This document shows positions 14,723-29,968 of a stretch of DNA of 64,000 bases, piece after piece. The first letter of the stretch is position 1. Each line of letters starts with the position of its first letter. Source of the stretch: Eledone cirrhosa (taxonomy: Eukaryota). The notes under the pieces are model-generated. The model did not search any database, had not been told where the DNA came from, and was given only the letters and a program-made list of their open reading frames with translations. A program made the translations under genes and the position numbers. The DNA is taken from contig OZ024742.1 of the NCBI GenBank assembly GCA_964016885.1, positions 294,438,001 to 294,502,000 of the forward strand, written 5' to 3'.

Positions 14723-15072
14723 TATGTATATATATGTATGTATATATATGTATATATATATATGTATATATATATATGTATATATATGTATGTATATATA
14801 TGTATATATATATATGTATATGTATGTATATATATGTATATATATATATGTATATATATGTATATATATATATGTGTATATATGTATGTATATATATGTA
14901 TATATATATGTATATGTATATATATATGTATATATATGTATATGTATATATATGTATATATATATATATGTATATATATGTAAGTATATATATTTATATA
15001 TGTGTATGTATATATATGTATATATATGTATATATATAAATGTATATATATGTATATGTATATATATGTATA

Positions 15073-16320
15073 AAACATAACCTAAAAATTGAATTTGATA
15101 ATAGTATCAAACTAGCTAATTTCTTGGATGTATCTCTTAATCTTGACACTGGCCTATATTACCCTTACCATAAAAACAATGAGAACCTAAATTATGTTAA
15201 CTTTAAATCTAACCATCCTACCAATATCAAGAATGCTATAGTTAGTAATATTGGAAAAAGAATATCTAACATATCTTCTAATAAAAACATCTTTGATGCT
15301 AACGCCAATTACTATAATAACGCACTTTCTAAAGCTGGCTATCCAGATAAAATCAAATATAGTAAAGAAACAAATTCTAGAAAAACTTACAGTAGAATAA
15401 TTAATCATGATCATTCCAATAATTTTAATAAAAGACCTAGATACAAAAACATAATCTGGTATAATGCTCCTTTCTCCATCTCTATTAATAACAATATTCC
15501 TAAATTATTTTTTAGTGCCTTAAATAAATGCTTCCCTCCCTCACATATCTATAGTAAAATATTTAACAAACACACCATCAAATTTTCGTATTCTACATCC
15601 TCCAATATTTCCAACATCATCTCTAAACACAACAATAAAATACTAAATACTAAATCTCTTCCTTCCAACATTGAATTTCATAATAACAGTAATAGTACTC
15701 CCGACGTCATTGTAAACCCTAGGCTAACTTCTGTAAACCCAAATACAACGTCAAACACAACTTCGTTAAATGTTCATAATCCAACTCTAAATCAAGAAAC
15801 TATTATTCCTATTATTCCTATCGCAAACAACTTCTCCAATCCAATTCCTTCTATAGATAACACTAGGTCACTCATTAATAATCCCTCTAATTGCAACTGC
15901 CGCATTAAAAATAAATGTCCTCTCAACAACCATTGTCTTGATAAAAACTTAATTTATGAATGTAAAGTAATAACTAGCACCAATTCCTTCACCTATTTTG
16001 GCTCCACCTCCACCTCTTTTAAAGCTCGTCTCTATAATCACCATTCATCTTTCACATACAAACTTAAAAGAACCAACACGGCTCTCTCAGAACTCATATG
16101 GTCCTTGAAAGACAAAAACATTAAATATACCATCTTTTGGAAGAAGGTTTCTTCTGCATCCTCATACTTGAACAGCTCTCTATCTAAAATCTGTAATCTC
16201 TGCCTAAATGAAAAATTTACCATTATCTCTAATCTAGATTCTATAATAAATAGACGTACAGATTTGTTTTCTATCTGCCTGCATAAATTCCATAGGACTT
16301 TTCACAAAGTATACAGTTAA
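15073..16320 (+). CDS. PLE RT thumb + Cys linker + GIY-YIG endonuclease (partial ORF)
   Basis: [65 protein letters not shown]; homologous to 29969-32095. Confidence 0.88.
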   Translation, partial: KHNLKIEFDNSIKLANFLDVSLNLDTGLYYPYHKNNENLNYVNFKSNHPTNIKNAIVSNIGKRISNISSNKNIFDANANYYNNALSKAGYPDKIKYSKETNSRKTYSRIINHDHSNNFNKRPRYKNIIWYNAPFSISINNNIPKLFFSALNKCFPPSHIYSKIFNKHTIKFSYSTSSNISNIISKHNNKILNTKSLPSNIEFHNNSNSTPDVIVNPRLTSVNPNTTSNTTSLNVHNPTLNQETIIPIIPIANNFSNPIPSIDNTRSLINNPSNCNCRIKNKCPLNNHCLDKNLIYECKVITSTNSFTYFGSTSTSFKARLYNHHSSFTYKLKRTNTALSELIWSLKDKNIKYTIFWKKVSSASSYLNSSLSKICNLCLNEKFTIISNLDSIINRRTDLFSICLHKFHRTFHKVYS

Positions 16321-17373
16321 TATTCAATTCTTTATCAATTTAGAATCTTTTCTCAAAGGCACATATACATACACCTCTTTAAAATATACCCATCTTCCTA
16401 CCTTACTTTAAAGGGCATTATACACTCTATAATACTTGTTTACTCATTACCCTCTTTCTATCTTCACCTTGTAAAATCCTTCATAACATATACATTTGTT
16501 TTTTTGACGTTAGAATATTCATCCGCAATTATTATTATTTTTTCTCTCTATCATAAAACTTTTTAATCTCAATTTCATCCTTAATTTATTATTTTTTTCT
16601 CCCCATCAACGAACTCATTCTTAATACATATTAACTCGTTCTTCGCACATATTATCAATTCCTTCAATATACAAACTTTAACTTCACATTATTTTTCTCA
16701 AATCCTTCTACACACAAACCTTAATAATTTTTTTTCTCTTCGTTAATTTTGAAATTGCCACAATACTTATCAACATACACCTTTTTCACGTTAGAATATT
16801 CATCCACAATTATTATTTTTTTCTCTCTATCTTCATACATAAACTCCCTCTCTTTCCTCGCAAATATTTTTCCCTTCGCTAATTTTCAAATTCTTTTAAT
16901 TTATACATTATCTTCCAACGGTTCTCAACCTCTCTATGTAAAACAATATATCTTTTCTCAGTTATAAAAACTATCTCTTTCTCTCTATCACCCATCTCTC
17001 CCTCTCCACCTTCACTCTCATCTCCTCCCCCTTTTTTCATCCTTTCCACCCCCCCCCTCCCTAAATAAAATATTTTTTCCTCGTACATATCTTTCCCTTC
17101 GCTAATTTTCAAATTCTTTTAATTTATACATTATCTTCCAACGGTTTTCAACCTCTCTATGTAAAACAATATATCTTCTCTCAGTTATAAAAACTATCTC
17201 TTTCTCTCTATCACCCATCTCTCCCTCTCATCTCCTTCCCTTTTTCACCCCCCCCCTCTCTAAATAAAATATTTTTCCCAATATAACACATCAATCTAAA
17301 ACCACTTTTCATATGTTGATTTAAAACTGCACTATCCACAAGTGTTTTTTAGCCTTCATATCATGTTCTCCTG

Positions 17374-17440
17374 TTTTATCTGATGAAAACACAAATATTA
17401 TTGCATGATGATGTTTGTTTTTGAAATGCGCATAATAAAA
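17374..17440 (+). ncRNA. Type I hammerhead ribozyme
   Basis: ttttat CTGATGA(17380-86) aaacacaaata...tgtttgttttt GAAA(17423-26) tgcgca TA ataaaa; AUA triplet; predicted cut after 17434. Confidence 0.9.
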
Positions 17441-17480
17441 TACATGGAACTCCTTTAACCATCTTTTGATCTTATATTAT

Positions 17481-17985
17481 GTATATATATGTATATATAT
17501 GTATATGTATGTATATATATGTATATATATATATGTATATATATGTATGTATATATATATATATGTATATATATATATGTATATATATATATGTATATAT
17601 ATATATATGTATATATATATATGTATATATATATATGTATATATATATATGTATATATATATGTATATATATATATATGTATATATGTATATGTATATGT
17701 ATGTATATGTATGTATATGTATATATATATATGTATATGTATGTATATATATGTATATGTATGTATGTATATATATGTATATGTATGTATGTATATGTAT
17801 GTATATGTATGTATATGTATGTATGTATATATGTATATGTATGTATATATATATATGTGTATGTATGTATATATATGTATATGTGTATGTATATATATAT
17901 ATGTGTATGTATATATATATATATGTGTATGTATATGTATGTATGTATGTATGTATATATATGTATATGTATGTATATATATATG

Positions 17986-18034
<49 letters not shown>

Positions 18035-18083
18035 GTATGTATATATATATATATGTGTATGTATATATATATATATGTGTATG

Positions 18084-18114
<31 letters not shown>

Positions 18115-18264
18115 GTATGTATATGTGTATGTATATATATATATGTTTATGTATATATGTATATATGTATATATGTATATGTATGTATATATATATATAT
18201 ATATATATGTGTATGTATATATATATATATGTGTATGTATATATATATATATGTGTATGTATAT

Positions 18265-18304
<40 letters not shown>

Positions 18305-18516
18305 GTATATATATATGTATATATATATGTATATATATATATGTATGTATATATATGTATATATATGTATATATATGTATATATATATGTATATATATGT
18401 ATATATATATGTATATATATATATATATGTATATATATATGTATATGTATATATGTATATATGTATATATATATATATGTATATATATGTATATATATAT
18501 GTATATATATATGTGT

Positions 18517-18554
<38 letters not shown>

Positions 18555-18754
18555 GTATATATATATATGTATATATATATATGTATATGTATATATGTAT
18601 TTGTATATATGTATATGTATATATGTATAATGTGTATATGTATATATATATATATATATATGAATATGTATATATATATGTATATGTATATATATGTATA
18701 TATATGTATATATATATATATATGTATATATATGTATATGTATGTATATGTATG

Positions 18755-18817
<63 letters not shown>

Positions 18818-18818
18818 G

Positions 18819-18852
<34 letters not shown>

Positions 18853-18912
18853 CATATGTATATATATATATGTATATATATATATGTATATATATATATG
18901 TATATATATATG

Positions 18913-18943
<31 letters not shown>

Positions 18944-19276
18944 GTATATATATACATGTATATATATGTATATGTATATATATGTATATATATATGTATA
19001 TGTATATATATATGTATATGTATATATATATGTGTATGTGTATATGTATATATATGTATATGTATATATGTATATGTATATATATATGTGTGTATATGTA
19101 TATATATATGTGTATATATATGTATATATATATGTGTATATATATATGTGTATATATATGTGTATATATATATGTGTATATGTGTATATATATATGTGTA
19201 TATATATATGTATATATATGTATATGTGTATATATATATATGTATATATATGTATATATATATATGTATATATATG

Positions 19277-19307
<31 letters not shown>

Positions 19308-19678
19308 GTATATATATATATGTATATATATATATATGTATATATGTATATGTATATGTATGTATATGTATGTATATGTATATATATGTATGTATATGTA
19401 TGTGTATATATGTATATGTATGTATGTATATATATGTATATGTATGTATATGTATGTATATGTATGTATATGTATGTATGTATATATATGTATATGTATG
19501 TATATATGTATATGTATGTATATATATATATGTGTATGTATGTATATATATGTATATGTGTATGTATATATATATGTGTGTATGTATATATATGTGTGTA
19601 TGTATATATATATATATGTGTATGTATATGTATGTATGTATGTATGTATATATATGTATATGTATGTATATATATATG

Positions 19679-19730
<52 letters not shown>

Positions 19731-19782
19731 TGTATGTATATATATATATATATATGTGTATGTATATATATATATGTCTATG

Positions 19783-19815
<33 letters not shown>

Positions 19816-19963
19816 GTATGTATATGTGTATGTATATATATATACGTTTATGTATATATGTATATATGTATATATGTATATGTATGTATATATATATATA
19901 TATATATATGTGTATGTATATATATATATGTGTATGTATATATATATATATGTGTATGTATAT

Positions 19964-20003
<40 letters not shown>

Positions 20004-20022
20004 GTATATATATATGTATATA
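17481..20022. repeat. (TATATG/TATG)n array
   Basis: Low-complexity array with internal long-range duplication. Confidence 0.97.
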
Positions 20023-20109
20023 TAACTTTGAATAACTTTGAAATGTTTTGGCCAGTATTGGCCCAGGCCATGTCTAACTTAATAGCACCACCTGGCGAAG
20101 TCTTTCAAT

Positions 20110-23100
20110 TCAGGATTTGGGCACCATGGCCCATTCGAGAAGAGAATTACTGTTTGCGGAGACATATCCGGGTGTGGGTGGTTTGTCCGGGATTACTTGG
20201 AGGAATTTGTCCAAAGACTTCTTGAATTTTGTGTGGTCAGTTTCTGTTTTGACGTGTCCTGGTGTGATGTTGAAGAGAGCAGGGCCGATTGAGGTGAAAT
20301 AATTGTGCCGTATTGTTGTTATGAGTTGCGATTTAGATTTTTGAATGGGACGGATAGCACGGGGCCCAAGCCTTGGGTGTATCTTGAAGGCGATGCCAAC
20401 ATCATTTGGGCAGTGATGATGGAACATTTTCCACATCATGCAGATAATATAACGCTCACGGCGACGTTGGAGTGAGTAAAGTTTCAGGTTTTCCAATCGA
20501 CCCCAGTAGTCAAGGTCTGACATGCCATCTATCTTTTTCGTGATTGCCCTTTGAGGAGCTTCAAGTTTCATGATACTTTGTTTCGTGTGGGGAGACCACA
20601 GTGGACAACAGTATTCAAGGTGTGGTCGGGCGAAAGTAGAGAAGAGAAGGATAATGGTGCGGGAATCTCTCGACTGGAAGGTTCTGAGGATCCAGGAACA
20701 CATTCTGCGGGCCATGTCAACTTTGCTGCTTATATGCGTGGTCCAGCTTATGTTGCTGTCCACGGTTACTCCCAAGTCTCTGATGTTGTTAGATGCCACG
20801 AGAGTTTCCCCGGAGGGAAGGGAGTACGGGAGTTTCAGAGCATCCTCTTTTCCAAAGTGGATCAGTTCGAATTTGTCTTCGTTCAGTAGCATGTTGTTCT
20901 TTTCTGCCCATTGGGTAACAGCCAGTAGGTCTGACTGAAGGCTTATCCGGTCATCCACGCCATTGATGACCTTTTGGAGCTTGGAATCATCAGCGAAAAT
21001 TTTAATGTTGCTGTGTTTGATGATGTCAGTGATGTCATTAATATAGATGATGAAGAGAAGTGGGCCCAACACAGTGCCTTGTGGGACTCCACTACTGACT
21101 TTGGCTGGGCTTGATTTGACTCCCTCAACTACAACATGTTGGGTTCTGTTTGACAGGAAGCTCTTGATCCACTGCAGCAGCTTTCCAGTGACACCAATAT
21201 TGGACAGCTTTCTCAGTAGAATGTTATGATCAACCCTGTCAAAGGCCTTGCTGAAATCAAGGTAGATAACATCAGTGTTGGAACCCTCTCCCAAGGCTCT
21301 CAAAATGTCATCAAAGTGATGCAGTAGTTGCGTCAGGCAATCCCTTCCATTACGGAATCCATGCTGGTTGGAGTTCAGCATATTGTTACTCTCAAGGAAG
21401 TGGGTCATTCGCGATCTCACCACTCGCTCAAATACCTTAATGATATGAGAGGTGAGTGAGATTGGACGGTAATTCACGGCAAGGGATTTGTTTCCCTTTT
21501 TGAAAACTGGGACAACAGACTGGGATAGAAGGTTTTCTGGCACATATCCAGCATCCAGTGAGTTCCGCCACAGATTGGCAAGAGGAGAAGCAAGTTGGTG
21601 TTGACACGCCTTCAAGACACAAGCAGGGAACCTATCGGGACCTACTGCTGAATTATGCTTGATTTCCTTTATTGCCGCCAAGACATCAGGGGCGCCAAAC
21701 GTTATGTCCGATAAGGTGTAATGGGGAGTAACATCGCCGATACAGCCCAGATCGGCCATATCAGGATTGCTGAAAACAGAGCAGTATTGTTTCTGCAGTA
21801 TCTCACCCATGGTTTTAGCATTGTCTTGAAGAGTGCCATTTTCATCAATTAGAGGGCCAACAGTAGAGCCAGTGATTTTGTGTTTTTTTGCAAATGAAAA
21901 GAACACTTTGGGATTGAGTTTGATCTTCTCAATGGCCCAGGCCTCTTCAGCTCTTCTCTGATTGTTGATGAGGGACATTATGTTGTTTTGGAGGTTATGT
22001 TTTTTAATCTCTAGTGATGAAATGGCAGTCAAGTTGATGTGTTGCTGCTGACAGTATTTCAGCTTGTTGATTTTTTTGTTCGTTCTCTTAATTTTTCTGA
22101 TGAGTGTTTTTCTATTTCTAGGGATTCTGCTCTTAGATTTGTTTATAGTTCTTAATGGGGTGTGTTTAGCACATATGTTTGTAACAGTGTCCACAAATGT
22201 CTGCCAGGACTTTTTGATGTTAGTGGGTGTATGAGTGTGCGTGAAGGACCAGTCGACATGTGCAAGATCATGACTGATCGCTTCCCAGTTTGCATTGTGG
22301 AAATCCATAGCGTCAAACGGATGGACAGGAGAAATGACATTGGGTTTGTATATTGGACGGTGGAATCTCAGATCACAGAGAACCATGTCATGATCAGAGA
22401 GTAGAGTTTTCTCCACTGCAATATTGTGGATATTGTCAGTGTGATTGCTGAAAATTAAGTCTAGGACGTTTTTGTGGCACCTCGTTGGTTCGAGCACTAG
22501 TTGGGATAGGAAGAAATCATCCATGAAGTCAAGAAGCGATTCCACAGCTTCCCTGTCAGAGGTTGAGGCAGAAGAACCTGGTGGCAGGGTGTTTGTGGAC
22601 CAGTCAACTCCGGGGAGGTTGAAGTCCCCCATCATTAAGATGTTGTCAGGGTGACACTCTTGGATGAAACACTTTATGCTGTTGAGGCATTCCTTGAAGC
22701 ATGGTACAGGCGTTTGGGGTGGCCTATAGAGCCCAACTACTAATAGGTTGTTGGTTTGACTGAATACAGTGACTGCCTCACAGTATCCATTAGTGAATAT
22801 GTTCATAGCCTCTGTTGAGAAAGAATTATGGACATAAATGGCAGTTCCGCCCTTTCTTCTGCCAGCGCGATCAGCACGGATGGCTTTGAAATTTTTCACT
22901 TTCACCTCGGCTTCCAAGTGGAGGTTACTGAGATGGGTTTCAGTGAGGACGAAGAAAGGGATGTGGTTTGGATGGACATCAATCCAGTCCTCCAGGAATT
23001 TGATCTTCCATTTTTGAGTATTGGTGGAAGGGCTGATGCCTTGGGCGTTAAGCAAAAATGTAGAGGCGAGAGTGGATGGTTTTAATTGTTTTGGTGTGTT

Positions 23101-23247
23101 GTTAATTTGTTTGTTTGTTAATGGCAGCAATGGGAGTTTGTGCAGTGGGGTGATAGTGGAGGGTGGTGCTGGGTGATAGCTCGAATGTTTTTTTCCAGTT
23201 CTTTTGCCAGATTCATTATGGCTAAAAAAGAGGAAGAAGTTTCCTGT
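20110..23247 (-). CDS. LINE ORF2: AP-like endonuclease + reverse transcriptase (stop-to-stop frame, no upstream AUG)
   Basis: LLNAQGI, LTETHL, GLYRPP, MGDFNLP, LDLIFS, SDHDMV; [43 protein letters not shown]; no internal stops. Confidence 0.95.
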   Translation of the reverse strand, partial: TGNFFLFFSHNESGKRTGKKHSSYHPAPPSTITPLHKLPLLPLTNKQINNTPKQLKPSTLASTFLLNAQGISPSTNTQKWKIKFLEDWIDVHPNHIPFFVLTETHLSNLHLEAEVKVKNFKAIRADRAGRRKGGTAIYVHNSFSTEAMNIFTNGYCEAVTVFSQTNNLLVVGLYRPPQTPVPCFKECLNSIKCFIQECHPDNILMMGDFNLPGVDWSTNTLPPGSSASTSDREAVESLLDFMDDFFLSQLVLEPTRCHKNVLDLIFSNHTDNIHNIAVEKTLLSDHDMVLCDLRFHRPIYKPNVISPVHPFDAMDFHNANWEAISHDLAHVDWSFTHTHTPTNIKKSWQTFVDTVTNICAKHTPLRTINKSKSRIPRNRKTLIRKIKRTNKKINKLKYCQQQHINLTAISSLEIKKHNLQNNIMSLINNQRRAEEAWAIEKIKLNPKVFFSFAKKHKITGSTVGPLIDENGTLQDNAKTMGEILQKQYCSVFSNPDMADLGCIGDVTPHYTLSDITFGAPDVLAAIKEIKHNSAVGPDRFPACVLKACQHQLASPLANLWRNSLDAGYVPENLLSQSVVPVFKKGNKSLAVNYRPISLTSHIIKVFERVVRSRMTHFLESNNMLNSNQHGFRNGRDCLTQLLHHFDDILRALGEGSNTDVIYLDFSKAFDRVDHNILLRKLSNIGVTGKLLQWIKSFLSNRTQHVVVEGVKSSPAKVSSGVPQGTVLGPLLFIIYINDITDIIKHSNIKIFADDSKLQKVINGVDDRISLQSDLLAVTQWAEKNNMLLNEDKFELIHFGKEDALKLPYSLPSGETLVASNNIRDLGVTVDSNISWTTHISSKVDMARRMCSWILRTFQSRDSRTIILLFSTFARPHLEYCCPLWSPHTKQSIMKLEAPQRAITKKIDGMSDLDYWGRLENLKLYSLQRRRERYIICMMWKMFHHHCPNDVGIAFKIHPRLGPRAIRPIQKSKSQLITTIRHNYFTSIGPALFNITPGHVKTETDHTKFKKSLDKFLQVIPDKPPTPGYVSANSNSLLEWAMVPKS

Positions 23248-24293
23248 TTAGAAGACTGTTGGTGACTGTGGTAGTGGTTATTTTTATGTAGGTTATGGTT
23301 TTTGTTTTTGCTTTTATTTTTAATTTTATTTTCATTTATCCGACGGGTCCCCGGGAGATGGGTAAAGGGACAATCCCGGTCTAAACACAATCTGTCTCGC
23401 AGGGAAAAACGGCAGATTTGTGGATTCCTTGTTTGAGTTATTGGTGGTTGTGTTGGTGTTAAATTAGAGTATGTATTATGGTGGTGGCTGTTTGTGGGGA
23501 TAGATCGTTTTGTCCTAGGTAAATGGGTGAATTTGCAGCCACTATCCGTACATATTCTATAGCGTAGAGAGTAGCGGCAAATGATGGGGTTTCGAGTGGG
23601 TGGGTATGTGGGTGTGGGTGTTGTGAGAGGTGTAGATGATGGTTTGGGTAGGATTTGACGACCTTTGTGGACTGTGGGAGGGAGAGTTCTTGTTCTGGTA
23701 TTAGAAGGTAAATTCCTTGACATAGCAGTAGACAAAAATGTTGTAGTAGTAGTAGTAGTAGTAGGCAGAGATGTTGGCAGTGGTGATGATTGGACTGCTG
23801 GGCCAGAGAAAGGATGTGGCGTTTCATGCTGTGAGACAGAGGCTACTGGGGGGTCAATAGTTTCATTTAGTAGATCGGCCATTGTTGATGAATCAAGGAG
23901 TGGTTCACACTGTTGTTGTCGTTGTTGTTGTTGTTGTTGCTGTTGTTGTTGTTGTTGTAGCTGTTGTTGATGTTGTTGTTGTTGCTGTTGTTGCTGTTGC
24001 TGTTGTAGCTGCTGTTGTTGTTGTTGCTGCTGCTGGACAGCATTCGAAGAGAAAACACACCGTAGTTTATCCAAATGTTTATTGATTAATTTAAAAGCAA
24101 TTTCGATTTGCTTTAATTTATTTTGAATCTGTTGTTCAGATCGAGTTTTCAAAAATTGAACTGTACGTTTAGCAATGTCGTTCAGAGATGAAGCATCTAT
24201 ATTTTCTGTTTGGGAAAGGCAATGCCATGTGTTTATTAGAATGTCGATTTCATTATCAGACCAGTTCTGTTTGGATTTTTGCTGGTTAGCCAT
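23118..24293 (-). CDS. LINE ORF1: putative Myb/SANT-like N-terminus, polyQ, Pro/Thr linker, two CCCH zinc fingers
   Basis: 391 aa; WSDNEIDILINTW; ICRYSLRYRICTDSGCKFTH and ICRFSLRDRLCLDRDCPFTH. Confidence 0.85.
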   Translation of the reverse strand: MANQQKSKQNWSDNEIDILINTWHCLSQTENIDASSLNDIAKRTVQFLKTRSEQQIQNKLKQIEIAFKLINKHLDKLRCVFSSNAVQQQQQQQQQLQQQQQQQQQQQHQQQLQQQQQQQQQQQQRQQQCEPLLDSSTMADLLNETIDPPVASVSQHETPHPFSGPAVQSSPLPTSLPTTTTTTTTFLSTAMSRNLPSNTRTRTLPPTVHKGRQILPKPSSTPLTTPTPTYPPTRNPIICRYSLRYRICTDSGCKFTHLPRTKRSIPTNSHHHNTYSNLTPTQPPITQTRNPQICRFSLRDRLCLDRDCPFTHLPGTRRINENKIKNKSKNKNHNLHKNNHYHSHQQSSKQETSSSFLAIMNLAKELEKNIRAITQHHPPLSPHCTNSHCCH

Positions 24294-24304
24294 TCTAGTT
24301 TTGA

Positions 24305-24912
24305 GTGTGTGTGTGTTTTAGTTAAGTATTTCAATATATATATATATTTTTTTTTTTTTTTTAAATTTATTTTTGATTTATTTTTGTTTTTTGTTTTTCT
24401 TGTGTGTGAGTGAGAAGCGTATATATATAAATATGAGTATATATATATATATATATATATGTATATTCTGGTTATTTGAAATTAATTAAGTTAATGAAAA
24501 GACGAAAGTATATAATAATAATTTGTAGTTAAAGGAAAATGTACTCACAAGTTCGTGTGTGTGTGTTTTAGTTAAGTATTTCAATATATATATATTTTTT
24601 TTTAAATTTATTTTTGATTTATTTTTGTTTTTTTGTTTTTCTTGTGTGTGAGTGAGAAGCGTATATATATAAATATGAGTATATATATATATATATATAT
24701 ATGTATATTCTGGTTATTTGAAATTAATTAAGTTAATGAAAAGACGAAAGTATATAATAATAATTTGTAGTTAAAGGAAAATGTACTCACAAGTTCGAAA
24801 ACACGTGGTTTCAAATATATAATAATATAGATGTATGAAAAATGAATTAACCGGTCAATTTTCAAATATATAATAATATAGATGTATGAAAATGTATTAA
24901 CCGGTCAATTTT
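24305..24912 (-). repeat. Tandem monomers in the LINE 5' UTR
   Basis: About 245-bp unit twice (24305-24555, 24556-24796) and about 52-bp unit twice (24809-24912). Confidence 0.85.
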
Positions 24913-24946
24913 TGTTTGTTTGGTTTTGTCTTGTGGTTTTGTTTTA

Positions 24947-28404
<3,458 letters not shown>

Positions 28405-29295
28405 GACGAACCCACAACATACACACGTCAACATACATACCTACATCAGCATACATCTCTACCCACATATAAACACAATGACATACGTAAACACACATGT
28501 TCTATGGTGCAACACAAATATACACAAATTTGCATACCTTTTGATGTCTATAGATATAAACGTGCCGACACACACACATACATAAATTCACACATGCATT
28601 GCACACTGATGGGCACATACATATTTGTGCACAGGTATTCCAATACGGCAAGGCCTAATGAATTCCCCTTGCAGTACGTACAATCTGGACACACTCCAGA
28701 TACATATTTGTGCACAGGTATACAATTTCTGGACACACTCCAGATACATATTTGTGCACAGGTATTCCAATACGGCAAGGCTTAATGGACCCCCTTGCAG
28801 TACGTACAATCTGGACACACTCACACACACCTTGGTATTATGCCAATACTATATATCATTTCACACCTTTTATTATTAAGGTTTTTGATGTTCTATTGAG
28901 AGAATCGATTTTACTGAAAATATCGAATAATGTACACCATTTTAACAGAAATAAATACTGATCCCCCCACACACATTCTCTCTCTCACACACACACATAT
29001 ATATACACACACACACATACACACGTGTACATTAACATACAAAGAGACACACACACACACACACACACTCCTCCGTATAAGACAAGAGCTGAAAAAATAT
29101 CTTTTAACATGTTAAAATATCCCCCACACACTTACAGACACACTAACATACAAAGAGACATACACACACACACACACACACACACACTTCTCCGTATAAG
29201 ACAAGAGCTGAAAAAATATCTTTTAACATGTTAAAATATCCCCCACACACTTAGACACATTCCTACTGACCATCCCTCTACCACGAATTACTCTG

Positions 29296-29385
<90 letters not shown>

Positions 29386-29895
29386 ACACGCGTCTTAATA
29401 GGCATTTGAACTGTCAACAGGCTGCGGTTCGCACACACATCCCTGCTGACCATTATCACAACAACGAACCTCTTTACTACTACTACACACACACACATAT
29501 TTGTTGTGAAATACTTATTTCTCAGTCAGCCGACACAAACCTACATTTGGCGCAAAATCAATTTTTTTACATTCACATGACCTCTACCGACCAATCAAAA
29601 TTGTTTTGACCACAAGAATTTTTGCAACACGAATTGGCGCAAAACTTATTTTAATACCGCTGGAGCCACTTTTTTAACATAAAAACAGGTAGAATTCCCA
29701 AAACTAATCAGATCAGAGCAAACATCACGGACGCTCTATCTCAAAATTATTTTTGTAAAGCATTAGAAATGCGCAACCGGTAAAACTTAAAACCAAAACT
29801 TAATACAACCAATACTATTACTAATTATCACTTATTCCTAATTAAACTATTTTTCACTGTGAACAATTTGTCAGCATTTTCTATTCCGTTTACCA

Positions 29896-29896
<1 letters not shown>
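28405..29896 (+). mobile_element. 3' non-coding region / pLTR of the decayed PLE
   Basis: CA-rich with local tandem duplications (28620-28820, 29025-29255); HHR remnant at 29750-29785. Confidence 0.65.
29750..29785 (+). ncRNA. Degenerate minimal hammerhead (U3:A8 family)
   Basis: ttt TTGTAAA gcatt-aga-aatgc GCAA ccgg TA aaa; upstream context resembles the HHR at 48767-48810; two core substitutions suggest it is inactive. Confidence 0.5.

Positions 29897-29968
<72 letters not shown>

Larger units (their letters stand above)
9560..15072. repeat. (TATATG)n-type array with higher-order duplications
   Basis: Blocks 9560-11086, 11284-13938 and 14110-15072; rare landmark words recur at about 1.1-1.3 kb spacing. 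Confidence 0.95.
15072..17480 (+). mobile_element. 5'-truncated Penelope-like element with 3' pLTR
   Basis: PLE ORF fragment; pyrimidine-rich 3' region with an internal duplication (about 16865-17075 / 17090-17280); terminal HHR. Confidence 0.9.
20023..24946 (-). mobile_element. Apparently full-length two-ORF LINE (CR1/L2-type group)
   Basis: 5' UTR with tandem monomers, ORF1, intact APE-RT ORF2, short 3' UTR and (ttcaaagtta)x2 tail. No TSD can be resolved inside the microsatellite. Confidence 0.93.

Noticed and set aside
20117-24085. Short ORFs antisense or out of frame within the LINE
   Set aside because: Shadows of ORF1/ORF2 with no independent motifs.
24797-24812. gaaaacacgtggtttc resembling an HHR GAAA-cacgtg half
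   Set aside because: No NUH/stem I geometry or CUGANGA partner; lies in the LINE 5' UTR.
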